Positions 38,740 to 52,200 of a stretch of 64,000 nt of DNA are shown here, in pieces (position 1 is the first letter of the stretch; the number at the start of each line of letters is the position of its first letter). The translations under genes and the position numbers were made by a program. The notes under the pieces were generated by a model. That model was not told the origin of the DNA and searched no databases. It worked only from the letters and a program-made list of their open reading frames with translations. The stretch is from Camelus ferus (taxonomy: Eukaryota), in contig NC_045696.1 in NCBI RefSeq assembly GCF_009834535.1, positions 32,490,001-32,554,000 on the forward strand. Direction: 5' to 3'.

Positions 38740-38960
38740 TGCCATCCTCTATTAACTGCTCCATATAATGTTATTACATCAAATCCTGACAACAGTCTTT
38801 CTAAGGTGATATTGGCTCTTTCTGATTTTACAGAGGAGAGAAATAATAGACCCAAAGAGGTGAAATAACTTCCCTTAGGTCACATAGCAAGATAGTACTG
38901 GAGCAGGTATTCAAATCCAAATTTGTCTGCTCTACAAATCCGTGTAATTTCCTCACACCT
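38740..38960 (-). mobile_element. MIR SINE
   Basis: ATTTTACAGAGGAG...CCCAAAGAGGTGAAATAACTTCCCTTAGGTCACATAGC...ATTCAAATCCA. A second, weaker MIR lies at about 38520-38670. Confidence 0.85.
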
Positions 38961-41900
38961 CAATGTATCCTCACCACAGCTTTCCCCTTAGATTGACCTC
39001 TGATGTCATTTATCTGAAATGCTGAGTTTCTAAATTATACTTCAGTCTAAGGCTCATACTTGTCAAGGCTCTCTCTATGGTAGATCTGTCCTAATTTCCA
39101 ATCTGAGTGGCACAGTATTAGGGAGTAACTTACTAAAGCACACTTTACTGTCAATCTTGACTCCTAAACTTTGGTTAAAAAATGATTTCTTTTACTTCAA
39201 ATTCTCAAATTTCTGATCAAAGTACAGTTAAATTTAGGATGTAAACAATGATTAAGTTGTCGAGTTACTTGATTTGGAGTCTTGCTATTTTCGGTTTATT
39301 ATGTAACTTTTTGGTTTGGAGGTACATCATTTTAGAGAATATTTATATATTTTATTCTAATTTAAAAACTCTGCATAGAAAGTAAAGCATTCAAAGATAG
39401 TCCTAATATGAGTTCATGGATTTCAGCGAAAAGTAATTTTACCACTTTGATAGTAGAGGCAACCAAACTGCTAAGATTAATAGATAAAGTTATTTTGGTC
39501 ATTGTTTCTACCACTGGATCTTTCCAACTTTCATTGCATTTGTCAAAAAGAAAATTTAATTACATTATTTTTTACCCAATCCTCCACATCATGTAATGTA
39601 TACTGCATCTGGTGCAGAAACTCATGACCAAGTCGTTCTGTCTTTGGAGAGAAGGATAATGATATAGGCAATTTACTATAGGTTGTTCACTTCATATCCT
39701 CAGTTATATGATGGACAAGATATACAGTAGCAGCTTTTTAGGACACATGAATATATTTTTTTAAAAAGCAAAGAAGTCTAATGTCGCTTGTATTGTTGTA
39801 TTTTTATTTTTTCTCAAAGTATTTATATCAACAGTGCTCTCCTTTATTTGTGGTAGGAATACATTTTTTCCTCATAAAGTATAAGTGTACTTTTCTCGCT
39901 CAGTACAATTGGAGTCTGAACTTGATTCATCTTTCATCTTAAGCTCTAAGGCCTGTATTTGCATACAAGAGGAGGTAGCAAAATAGAAATAAATGTAGCT
40001 ATGTTTTTTTTTCTCAGTTTACTCTTTCTTTGCAAATTTTAAATATATAAACAATATTTTTAATGTCTCATAATATATATAGCATATATGTATATAATGG
40101 TTATGTTATATTTTTATGTTTTGTGTTTGACGTAGAATCAAGCCACAGTGTTTAGTATTTATATGTGTGATCAAAATAACTCAAAGTACATACTTAAGTG
40201 GTTAATTTATCACCAGTGATCTAGTTAGGTACTCCCATATTGACAGACAAGTAAATTCTTCTTTTATTCATACTGCTTAAGCCTCTTCTGTGAATTCTGC
40301 AAGAGTGAATATATTCTTATTTAAATGAACAACTTTCTTAGTTGGATATAATCTCCTAACAGCATGACTATTAAGATGGTGAATAAAAATGTTGGAACCA
40401 TTTCATTAACAAGTCAGAAAGGGCACTTTTATTTGTTTCCAACTTGGTAAAGTTTTTGTGATTTCCACCCATAAACATGGGAGGTAGGGGGTAAGAAGGT
40501 TTTGCTCTATAATAAGAGAATTACCACTGAGATTTTAGGGGGGAAAGATTTAATATCCCTTAGCACAATGTCAGTTTGTTTAAAGTGTATTTAAATTCTT
40601 GTGCTAGGATTTCTGTCAGCACAAGATAACAATCAAAGTGAAACTTTCTTCTTTCAGGTATTCAAAAGAACTTATTTTTTTCTTTCCTACTCTTAAAATA
40701 TAAATACCCTGATGAACACTCTATTGATGTTATTAGTGTTCTTTGTGCGTTGGGTAGAAAGTTGTACCTCAAAAGAAGTCAGAAAGAATTGAAAATGCAA
40801 AACAATAAACACAGATCAGTGGAACTATGTGTGCTGTTCTCCTTCCTGCTGGGCAATTTCGTGTGTTACAGATGTAAAAGGGGAAAGTGTACAAGATGAT
40901 TTGACTTACTCGAATACATATTAGAAAAAAAGACTTCATTTTTGTAAATGTTTATTGAAATTCAAAATATTTCTTTTATTCTTAGTGCACAATTAATATT
41001 CTCTATGCTGATTTACTGAGTTTGTAACTCTTCTCTGTGGATATGGGAAATTCTCTGTGGCATCCCCACTACTCAGAAGAAAGCACAATAACCTACCTTT
41101 CTCCTGAAGAGAAAAACGGAAGTCAATTAGTTAAGAGTTTCAAGTCTAAGTTTAATGAAACATCTTGGGTTTATTTTGGTTACAGTCATATTTCTGGGAG
41201 GTCTGAATATTCCATAATAGTTTTGGGGAATTTTTCAGAGACTTCCAAAAATAGTGGAACAATTAAAACCATTTCTTAGTTTAAGTCAATCTTAAAGGCC
41301 TTGCTCTACTTAGCAGTCTCCTTGACCTTCTCCCCTTGATTGCAATGAGTAATTTTATATTTGAAAAGCATATTACTGTACTGGACATGTGCCTAGAGTA
41401 AGGCAACCTACAGCTGTGAGGTATTTATATATTATAGATCTGTTTAAACAAGTTGTGTGTGAGGTTTAGCTTGATATTTTTCAAAGAGAATTTAGCGCAT
41501 TTTTGTTGATGGTTCATAATAAAAGGAAGGATCCCATCTTGGATTAACACTCATGAGACTATTATTATGTAAGGGGCATTATAAACTAGAGAGCACATTT
41601 CCAATTCTTATACTCTATAGCTTTTAATGTAGAAAATATGCATACTTTGGATGAAACAGTAATGCAAGTGGAAATATTCAATTTTTCAATTTTGATATTT
41701 AAAGTTAATTTTTATTTGAAAATAATGTTAAAGATATATTGAGACAACTTATGTATGTCCTAGCAAGTTTTTAGAAGTATTTTACGGATACATAAATATT
41801 TTAGGAAATTATAATTGTTACATCATTCCCTTGACTTCACTGTTAGAATCTAAACACAAACATATTCACTCAGTCTTCACTAACAAGCACTTACAAAACT

Positions 41901-41974
41901 GCCCTTTCTGCATTCCCTTAAACATGATTTGCCCTGAAGGTGATAGAGCATAGTATGTTTTTAAACTCATATTT

Positions 41975-42145
41975 ATGTTTTATCAATTTTGATAAAATGT
42001 ATATAATATAAAATTTGCCACTTTAACCATTTTAAGAGTAAAATGTAGTCTTTAAATGCATTTATAATGTGCAACCATCACCACTATTTATTTCCAAAGC
42101 TTTTTCATCACCCTAAACAAAAAATTTCTACTCATTAAACAGTCC
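41975..42145 (-). mobile_element. Old L1M (L1MB-type) 3' end
   Basis: ATAAAATTTGCCACTTTAACCATTTTAAG...TGTGCAACCATCACCACTAT...TTTTTCATCACCC. Confidence 0.8.
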
Positions 42146-42522
42146 CATAGTAAGATTTAAAATATACTTATTGAATTTGTGAAATGTAATTGTATATAGT
42201 TTATAAGTATATAGAAATAATGATTTCTTGTATGCTTTTTCATATGTATATGTATGTGTGCATATATATACCAAGAAACAAATTTTTTATCCAAGTTGAT
42301 CATATAGTGTAAACAGTTTTTTACCCACATGTTGATCATATAATGTATCAATGATATACATATTTTTAAGTGCATCAGACATAGACACACATTATAAATT
42401 GATTCTGATTTCATATGTACATTTTAATATGCTCAACTTGTATATACATAGTACTGGCATATAGTTGTGTGAGTATGTATATATATGCACACACTATGTA
42501 TGTATAATGTATATATTTTATA

Positions 42523-43646
42523 TAGATGGTCCCCAACTTATAATGTTTCAACTTAAGATTTTTCTTTCTTTTCTTTAAATAGGTCTTTTTAAATTGAAGT
42601 ATAGTTAGTTTACAGTGCTGTGTTAATTTCTGGTGTACAGCATAGTGAGTCAGTTATGCACATATATATATATATATGTATATATTTCTTTTCATACTCT
42701 TTTTCTTTATAGGCCATTACACGGTATTGAACATAGTTCCCTGTGCTATACAGTAGGGCTTTGTTGTTTGTCTGTTTTGTATATAGTAGTTAGTATCTGC
42801 AAATCCTGAACTCCCAATTTATCCCCCGACCCTCTTTTCCCCAGTAACCCCAATGTTCATAGCAGCAGCATTTACAGTAGCCAAGATACAGAAGCAACCT
42901 ACATGTCCATTGTCACATGATTGGATAAAGAAGTTGTAGTATATATATATATAGTAGTTGTAGTATATATATATATATACATACATACATACACATGTAC
43001 AATGGAATAGTACTCGGCCATAAAAAAGAATAAAATAATGCCATTTGCAGCAACATGGATGGACCTGAAAATCGTCATACTAAGTCTTACTTACGTCTGA
43101 GTAAGCCAGAAAGAAAAAGAAAAACGTCATGTATCGTTTATATGTGTTATATTAAATTACCCAAATGAACTTATTTACAAAACAGAAACAGACTCAGACA
43201 TAGAAAATTGACAAGATTTTTCAACTTTACAATGGCATGAAAGCGATAAACATTTAGTGGAAACTCTACTTTGGATTTTTATCTTTTCCTGGACTAGTGA
43301 TAACTGGCACAATACTCTCTCTTGATGCTGAGCCATGGCTCCAGCTAGCTATGTAATCACAAGGTGGGACAACCAATACACTTACAACCAATCTGTTTTT
43401 CATTTTCAGTACAGTATTCAATTAACTATATGAGATATTCAACACTTCATTATAAAGTAGGCTTTGTGTTAGATGATTTTGCCCAACTGTGAGCAAATAC
43501 AAGTTTTCTGAGTGTGTTTAAGGTAAGCTAGGCTAAGCTATGATTTTCAAGACATTAGATTATTAAATGCATTTTTTACTTACAACATTTTAAACTTACA
43601 GTGGGCTTATCAGAGTACAACCTTATTGTAAGCAAGGAAAGATATG
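42523..43646 (-). mobile_element. MER47/Tigger5-type TcMar-Tigger DNA transposon, split by an L1
   Basis: Terminus AGATGGTCCCCAACTTA..CAACTTAAGATTTTTC resumes at 43213. Body contains AGGCTTTGTGTTAGATGATTTTGCCCAACTGT and TAGGCTAAGCTATGAT. Flanked by TA at both ends. Confidence 0.88.
42565..43212 (-). mobile_element. 5'-inverted L1 nested in MER47
   Basis: Antisense L1 3' end at 42565-42849 (TTGAAGTATAGTT..GTTCCCTGTGCTATACAGTAG) joined to sense ORF2-end/UTR at about 42848-43207 (CCAATGTTCATAGCAGCA..CCATTTGCAGCAACATGGATGGACCT). TSD AAGATTTTTC at 42555-42564 and 43213-43222, site TTTC/AA. Confidence 0.92.
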
Positions 43647-46600
43647 TATATATGACCATGTCTAATGTCATATTCTGATATATATAAAATAGAATGAAAT
43701 TTCTGTAATGTTAAATAACTTTGAAGAAGGAATAATATACCCTGTTCGAAATGAATGGTATTCTTACATTTACACAAATGGTATTTTTACTTTAAAAATC
43801 TCCCCTAATTGCTATTCTGTAACTTGGTAAGAAAAGTTACCATTATCTCTTGGCCTTTACTCTTTTTAAAAATTCTAAGGTATATAATTTCCTAAGAATG
43901 AGCTACTAAATTTGTCTACTTCCTTATTGTTAGGTCCTACTATTTTTGTTTTGAACAATTCAGTATCCTGAGTTTTTTCTTCCCTCTTCCATTAAAATGT
44001 CTGCTCTGAAAATATCTGAGTTTCTTCTCCAATGGTCTGTAGTAGCTTGGAAGCAAATCCAACGTATATATAAGATACAGATTTTCTCTGTGCAGTTACA
44101 ACTTTATTTTAACAAAGAGAACCAGGCTACAAAGTTCTGCTTTCCTGGAGGTGTTTGAGCAAGGTACTTTAAATTGGTTATTAGATATTAGTGTGCCATC
44201 TCAACATGCTTCTAAGGAGGCACTGACTCTAGCACTGAAGCTCTCTTGATGTTTGTGCCTCTTATGCTCAGTATTAAACCGTGTCGTCCCTTTCCCTAAG
44301 TTGAAGGCCTTCTGCTTTATGTGTAAAACTAATGGTATGTTTTTCTTAGAATTATATAAACCTTAACAGAAAGTATTTGATAAAGGAAAAGTGTCAACAC
44401 CCCTTTCCTAGCACCCAGAAACCTTTCCCAGAAACCAACCCTCTTACCAAATCAAATTCTACAACCTTCCATATTTTTTATTTTAATTTGTATTTATGAA
44501 ATGCCATCAGATACATTCATGCTGATGAGATTTTTCTATTTTAGGGGGTCTGATAATATGACTAATAACTACCTTTCCTTTTAACCTCCACGTTTGTAGT
44601 CAAATAAAACTTCCGCTTCTCACTACAATACCTTAAAACCATACACATCTCTGCCTCCTATCACTGACCTTGTCAGCATTAGGACAAGTTAAATTTCAGA
44701 TCTTAAAAATGCAACTACTATAAATTATTCTGACATTCTTTATCCTTAATTCTTCATTGGCCTCATAGATACTCTGTGAAACTATTTTTAGAGACTCAAA
44801 TTTAATCTAACAGTCATCCATCTCCCACAGTCATACAGTCATATGACAGACTTCATATTTTTGACTCATATTTTACAGAAAGTCATTTGTTGCCTTTCAT
44901 GCAATTTGCCAATATAGTATAGCAATGATTGTATATACTTGAGTACTCACAGATCCTTATCAGTACAGTAACACTTAAAGAATAAAAAGAAAAAAAGTAA
45001 CATCTTTTTAAAAACAGTATAGCAATCCAGAATAATATAGATTATAATTTACATTTTTCAAAATGCAATATAAGATTAATAATTCGTATGTGTATGTTTA
45101 TGCTCCTAATTAACAATAAGATAAGCCTTGACACCCAGTAAATATTTAGAATCTATGTTGAGCACCATCGCAGGTATAGAAACACAAAAAGGAATCAGGC
45201 GTATCAGGTACCCATGTCACTTACATTCAGCTGTGCAAATTGCCAAGTGTCACATATTTTAAAAATTAAAAGTATTATCCCATATTTTGAGAATAAATTA
45301 CTATGCACTTGAAGAAAAGACATTCTGACTCTATAACCCTTTGGACTTGCCACTATATATAAATTCATGTTTGAAAATCAGCCCAAGCCCAAAGCATTGT
45401 TAACTTCTTTCTTTCGTGGTTCGCTGCACCTATTCAGACATTGGCTTCAAATTATTCCTTAAAGAACCCCAGCAGGTGATTGATAACTGGAAAAAGAACC
45501 ACATCCATAGAAATAAATCAAACGCATCAACATCCTGCATGTGTGGTAGCCCACAGTTATTTGAGCAGCTATGTGTAGCAGCGGCATCTATTTCATTGAG
45601 GTGCTAGAATTCAAATTGGCCATCAGCAAAATCAGGATTAATTGCCTATAAACTTATAAACTACCCTCTTGTCAACGTAATTATATTTTACTAATGTGAA
45701 AAGTAACCATTTATTGCATTATATAAAACCTATAAATTAAAAAGCTCTCTGATTCACTTTTTTCCCCCTTCTCTAAGAGTTCTTAGAAGAAGAAATAAAA
45801 GGTTTTACCCCAGGAGGCATGTTTAACTCTGTGCCTATGGGTAATTCATTGGAAATTCTGTGATGTTTATGGAAAAAGATGATGAGTATGTGGTAATACA
45901 AAATCTCATAATGTACTGTTTCAGAATTCAAAGGCTCTGCTAACATCAGGAACAGTATTTTACATTCAGTAGAATTCATATTTAAAGTTAATGACGACCT
46001 TCAAAACTTGCTCTTATTTATTGCTGCTGAGTTAGGAACAGAATAGCAGAGTAGAAAATGGTGACATCAGGGTCACAGCAGGTAACTTAGGCACATTTAA
46101 AGTAAAACTCATTTGCTCCTCAGTGTAACATATGATTTATAATTTTTTATATTGCAAATTATTTAAATGATCTAGACATTAAATGCTATCTTCAGAAAAT
46201 CATTTCTCAAAAATATTATTCTTTCATCTGTAAGAATTATCATGAAAATGAATGCCATCTTAATTTTTATAGTTTGTGTAATTTACATTGCATAGGTATG
46301 CATTTTTATAGGAAATTATGGAGGGGGGCAATAATAAGAAATGGAAAGTTTTTTGAGCAATAATGGAATACTTACATAAAGTTATATTGTCTGTTATAAT
46401 CTTATATACATAAGTATGTTTGATTTCCACATTGAAAAGTGTTATAATAGCTTAGGAAAAAAAGATTGTTAATTAATCTAGTTTAGGCATAAATGCCTAA
46501 CTAGATAAAGTGTAAATTTTATTTCCACTTTTGTTTTAAATAGTTGGAAAATTCTGTTATTTAGGAAAAGCTCTTTTTTCTCATTCTCTATTTTGTAATA

Positions 46601-49019
46601 TCAAACTATATCCTACTAGTTGACTACAGAATAGCAAATGTTTTCCAGTAGGTTCTATTAAAAAGATTTCCAGCAGGTTTGATTATCCTTCAGATGTATA
46701 TGTACAATAGCGAGGCCAATTGGAATGCATATATTTTAAAGTTACTTTATGGTAGAAGACTCTCAGTAGGCAGAGGGAACTAGGTCTGATTCTAAGTAGC
46801 TTACTGAATCCTGAAAGAATAGAAACTAACAAATGCCAGTCTCAAACATGATTTTCTGTGATATGTGTCAGATCCAAAGGAATGTAAGTTCAAAATATTA
46901 TCCTTAAGTTTTTTTTCCACTCCTTTGGAAATAGAACATTAGTAGTTTTAGTTAAAAATAAAAATTCATAGTGGAGCACCCCATCTACTTCATTGAATGA
47001 ATGTTTCTTGAGGCCAGGAAATGATCTGTAACTGACTTACAGAGCTGAAAATCTCTTCTGAAATACCAAACCTTTTGGCCTCAATCTTTTTCCATTTCTC
47101 CAACTCTTACCTTAATTTCTTCTTAGTACAGTGTTAGTAGGCAATGCCAACACCACGATGGGCTTCCCAAAATACTCTGATCCTTCTAGCATGCCTGAGC
47201 TGTGTTTGAACAAGTCCGTGCACATTATGGGAATGAATAAAAGAAAAACCTATCGGGGAACTGGGGCATTTAATGCCTAACAAAAACTATCTGACAAACG
47301 ACACCTTATTCTTTTCTTCCATCATCAATGGTAAGGTGTAATTTCCCATCAGTCTCTTAGTTACTGTAAAATTTTGCTGCTTTTGTCCCTCCAAATGGCA
47401 CACCCCATTTTGCACTGAATAGAACATCTCTTTAATTTTACCTGTTTTCTTTATTTGCATTTATTTTAGGAAGGTATTATCCAGAATCTCATCAATATAA
47501 ACATTTTAAAAAACTTTATACATCAGTAATAGAACAATTATAGAAAGTTATCTACAAGTAATAAAAATGTGATTTGCTGTATTTTTATGATGCAGAATCC
47601 TTCTTTCTTCTGTTAAAGATGTTAAAACTTACACACACAGTAGTGAAGGTAAGGTTGAATCTACTAACGCTGAGGGCCTCTCAGTTTTTCCCTTGTTCAA
47701 ATGTTTGAATAGATGGTAGATGAGGAAAAGAAATTCAGGTAAAAGTTAAATTAGTTTTTCCCATCAAAGTACTTTTATTTCACAAGGAATAAAACAAGGT
47801 AAAGGCAATTTTTATTTATATTAAATATTTTATATTAAAATTATATAGTTGGCATGTCTTTAGGACAGGTACTGAAACATCTTCAAACATACTACATGTA
47901 GTAGCCATGACTGGAATTTTGAAATACTTAGTAGTCCGCTTTTGGTGTATTTTTGATGCAGCCCTTTCTGAGGATTATGAGATGACGTAGATGATTTTAT
48001 TATTTCTTTTGTTCAGTATTACCAAGGGTGAGATGTGTTTGTCCCTCACACATGAAAGATAGAGTAAAAAATAATTAAAATAGACCTTAATTTAATGACA
48101 AAAATTTTTTTTCTATGCATCGCTATTAAATTTGTTCAGAATATTGCGCCTATTTATTTACATCTATCCATGGCTACTATGCTGAGAATCTCATAAAGGT
48201 ACTTCTCAAGGGTCATATCTATTCAACAAATGAAAGACTTCAGTTTTAGTATTATCTCAGAATAATTAATACTAACATTTTAAGAAAGAGAAATACAAAC
48301 CTTATCTTACATTACTTCCTATATGATTTTTATAACTTGAAGACTGAAGGCATCTGTGTTTATAGCAGTATAAAATAAAATTCTATCTTACTATAAATGG
48401 CCAAGTAAAAAATTAACCTTGTTCTTTTATAATTAGAGTAATGGAGAATAAAATTCCTCAAATGAAAGGATTCATTTATTTATGTTACATTGTATCTCTT
48501 TAGTCAGATCTTGATAGCATAGTAGTCTTTAAATTTACAGTAAGGATAGTACAGTTTCTAGTTTAATAGATTCACAAGTTTAACATACATTTCCTTTTAA
48601 AACTATATTGTTTAAATATTTTTGTGATCTATAACATCAAGTAATATATCAGCATTAGTAATTTAGATAAAAGGAACTGTAAAATAATGAATCCCTAAAA
48701 CTTACCTTTTTTTTTTTTTAAAGAGGATATATTCTAAATGTAGAGGAAAGAAACAAGCAATATCAAACCAAACTAATATGTAGATTTTATGTACAAAAAT
48801 AACCCTGTCTTCCTAGAGTCAGTACATGATCAAATAACTGCCATATACTTTTTATATTCACCACTGAAATCCTGTATAATGCAATTTTATTCTGAATCAT
48901 AATTCTAAAATACTAGAAAGATTGGGTCACCTAATAGTTGATTATATCCATTAGCAAATTTTATGATACCTTAGCTTCTTAAAATTCTTTGCTTTTTAGA
49001 AGCTACTTCTACTTATATT

Positions 49020-49205
49020 TTCTTATTTAATTCACACAAAAATCATTTTAATAGGTATTGATATTCCTATTACACACAGGCAGAAACTAAACTCATATGG
49101 ACTAGGTTATTTGCCTAAGGTGATAGATTCAGGGTCACACACCTAAGGTCATAGGCTCAAAACCTAAACTCAAGTCCTTTGACTTCATAGTTCTCACTCC
49201 CCTGC
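49020..49205 (-). mobile_element. MIR SINE
   Basis: TTATTTAATTCACACAA...AGAAACTAAACTCA...AGGTTATTTGCCTAAGGT. Confidence 0.65.
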
Positions 49206-52200
49206 GTTTGGCTACACAAGTTATAATAAACGTGCTAAGAACCATTTTAAGAAAAAAATCAAGAATAAAAAAGTTTTCTAAATGTTTTTAACTCAAAGTA
49301 AGAAAATTTGATTAATCACAGTATTCCTTTCACTCAATATTCTACTTAATAAAAAGCCTGCTGTGTTTAAGTGACCTGCTCTTATTTCTGATATGTAACA
49401 TAGAAAATTGAACATTTCTGACGTGTTTTCACGATAAATACCTTGCAAGAATAATTGCTATCCACAGTTCTTAAATCAGTAATATGTGATTTGTCTTTAC
49501 CAAGGAAAAATATCAACTCTTAGTTTTAAGAGAAAAATAACACACCACAGATATCCTTGAATGAAGATACCTGCAGGGAAAAAAATTGAAAATAACTTAG
49601 GCCACATCTAGGCAGGTACAGACTTATTTTTATTCAAAGTGTTTTTAATATTTAAAAAAATATATAAAATTTTTCTTCGATTTTTCTCAGAATACCCCAT
49701 TCACCGTTTGTCACGTTAAGTCAGAACATTAGAGCGTATATCGTGCCATATAACCTAAAACTTGAAGACTGCCTTGTGCAGATGATAAATGTGTTCAATG
49801 GTTGTGATACTTTGCTCATTTTCAAAGCAAACATGGAAAACTCTTGCCTTAGATCAGTGAAAAGTATGGACTATAGAGCAAACGTGCCTGTAGTTATATG
49901 AGAGCTGAGATGGAACCCTGTGTCATTCTGTATGGAATGGATACGTTAGAGTTGTGTTTGGATTTGAAATTTTTAAGTAATAAGTCAAAATGAAAAAAAA
50001 AGCATAGTAAAAATGTCAAGGGAGTTGCTTACTTGGCTTAACTTTAACTTGTTTCCACAGAATTATAGCTTCTGTTTTATGGGAAATTAATTTGCTTGAT
50101 AATTTTTCCAATAAAATTACAGCTATAAAAACAACCAAGAAATATAGTTTAACATCCTGTGAGCATATATGGCATAAAGAACATTTGAAGTTTTGGAAGT
50201 TATTTCAAAACATTTTAGAGTTATTTAAATTGTGTGAAAAGCTTAATTATGTCTCCTTTGCTTCATCTCTTCTTGGCAATATACCAGTTGTGGTCACACA
50301 TCCATTCTTCTAGCCTCTCAAATGTTTCATTTGCATTACTCCATTAATATCTCCCATAAAAGATACCAGGCATCCCAAAATGGAGAAGGTTACTCTTTTA
50401 ATCATAGTTCAACATTTAATTAATTCATTCATTGCATTCTGATTTTAGGAACCAAATTTGAAGACAACCAGTCCTCATTATCATATATTTTAAGAACTAA
50501 AAATGTGCTCTACATACTCATTTTTGAAACAGAAATATTAAAATAAAATTCACTAGTAATTTATTTAACTTACTAAAAATGTCTTGATACACTTTATGGG
50601 TCTGTTTTTCCTCCCCTTAACATCCAAGTAAGCAAGGCCTTTCTCCTTGTAAATTGATTGTTTCTAGTTAAAGAGACATTTCGTTCAGAATAAAATTGTG
50701 TGTGTATTATTTTTACTTATCTAGCGAAGATAATTTTCATTATTGAAAATTATATTTGAATTAAGAGCTACTGTCAACAAGGGATTATATCTGAAAACAT
50801 AAAAAGAAGTAATAATGAAGATTCTTATATTTTGCCAGATAGTAAAGTCATCATCAAAGTGCAAGATATTTTATAGGAGAGAACAGGAAAGCCAGAATTG
50901 GTAGCATGTGGGTTCTTATTTATTCTGATACTAGACTAATAAGTACATTTCAATATCTGTATAAATAAGGAAATATTAACCAATCAAGGAGGACCTAGAG
51001 GGAAGGTTGGTTAGAACGGAAGTTACTAGTTACAGCTTGAGGCTACCCAGGCAAAACAATTCTATCCAATAAAAAATCAAAATCAACTGTTTAATGTTGG
51101 TTCTGCTCTTTTATTGCATATACTAAAATGCGTCTTTGCCAACAATGTTAGTATCAGTCACAAATACAATCATTTTAGTATCATTTCAATATATATTAGT
51201 ATCTAGTAAAAGCAGCATACAATGAATCAGTTTAGATGTACTTCAGGAAACTGATTGTAAGGTTTTTCCAAGTAAATTTTTGTGATTACCAACTGAAATT
51301 TAAAGATCCTCTTTCCTATACTTCTAATTCCTTGTTACTCCCCATTGTGTTCAGTTTTCCCTTCTTGTTCGGACACAAGTATTAATTATATCCTTATGAA
51401 AATGCCCAATTTAAATAATATGAATACTCTGTAACGTACATACCAGTGTTTATTGAACTTCATGTTTTTCCTCAGACACTGCACTTTTCTTTTCTCTTAA
51501 GTAATTTACTGGAGTCATCTATGAAGGAACATTGTTAAAAATAGAACTTTGGCACTGAAACAAGCACAGGTGTTAAGTTGCCAATTAAAGTGAAGTAAAC
51601 TGTCAAAAGGAACATTTTAATTATACTTTCTACATTTTGACTTTATATCTTTTCACTCTGCCAGAGTCACAACAGTGTCAATTTGGGCATGCTGCTCTAA
51701 TGATTCGGCCCCTGAGTTCTCTGAGTAATCTCTCTTGCTCACCGGTCATCAGGAATGTGGTCACTGCTTTGCCTGTCTACTTGTTTGCTGCTGTGACAAT
51801 ATTAAACATTTAGATTTCTTGACAGCTATAAGATTTGTACCTCTGGCAGGAATAAAAGAGATGTTACCTGAGCATATCCCTGTGTGGGGTATGATTTCTC
51901 CTAACTGATAGATTATAAAAGTTCCATTTTTATAGAAACTGCCATTTAAATACTTCTGACAAGTCTCATTTCAGAGGAAAACAAATCCTCACATGTAGCA
52001 ACACAACAGCAAGACTGAACTCTTTATTGCCTAGAAATGCCATGAGTTGGAGGTGTTGGTGTTTTTTGGAATAAGAGTATTTTTAAATACATTGCAAAAT
52101 CAAATTTTTTTTTTTTTTGGATTTTATAAACTTGGCAGACATGGGGAAATTGGAGTTATTCTAAATTAAGGAAACAAAATTTACTCAATTATGTAATATT

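Noticed and set aside
42290..42345. Spaced direct repeat GTTGATCATATA, superficially repeat-spacer-like
   Set aside because: Only two copies in low-complexity TA-rich mammalian DNA and no cas genes, so not a CRISPR array.
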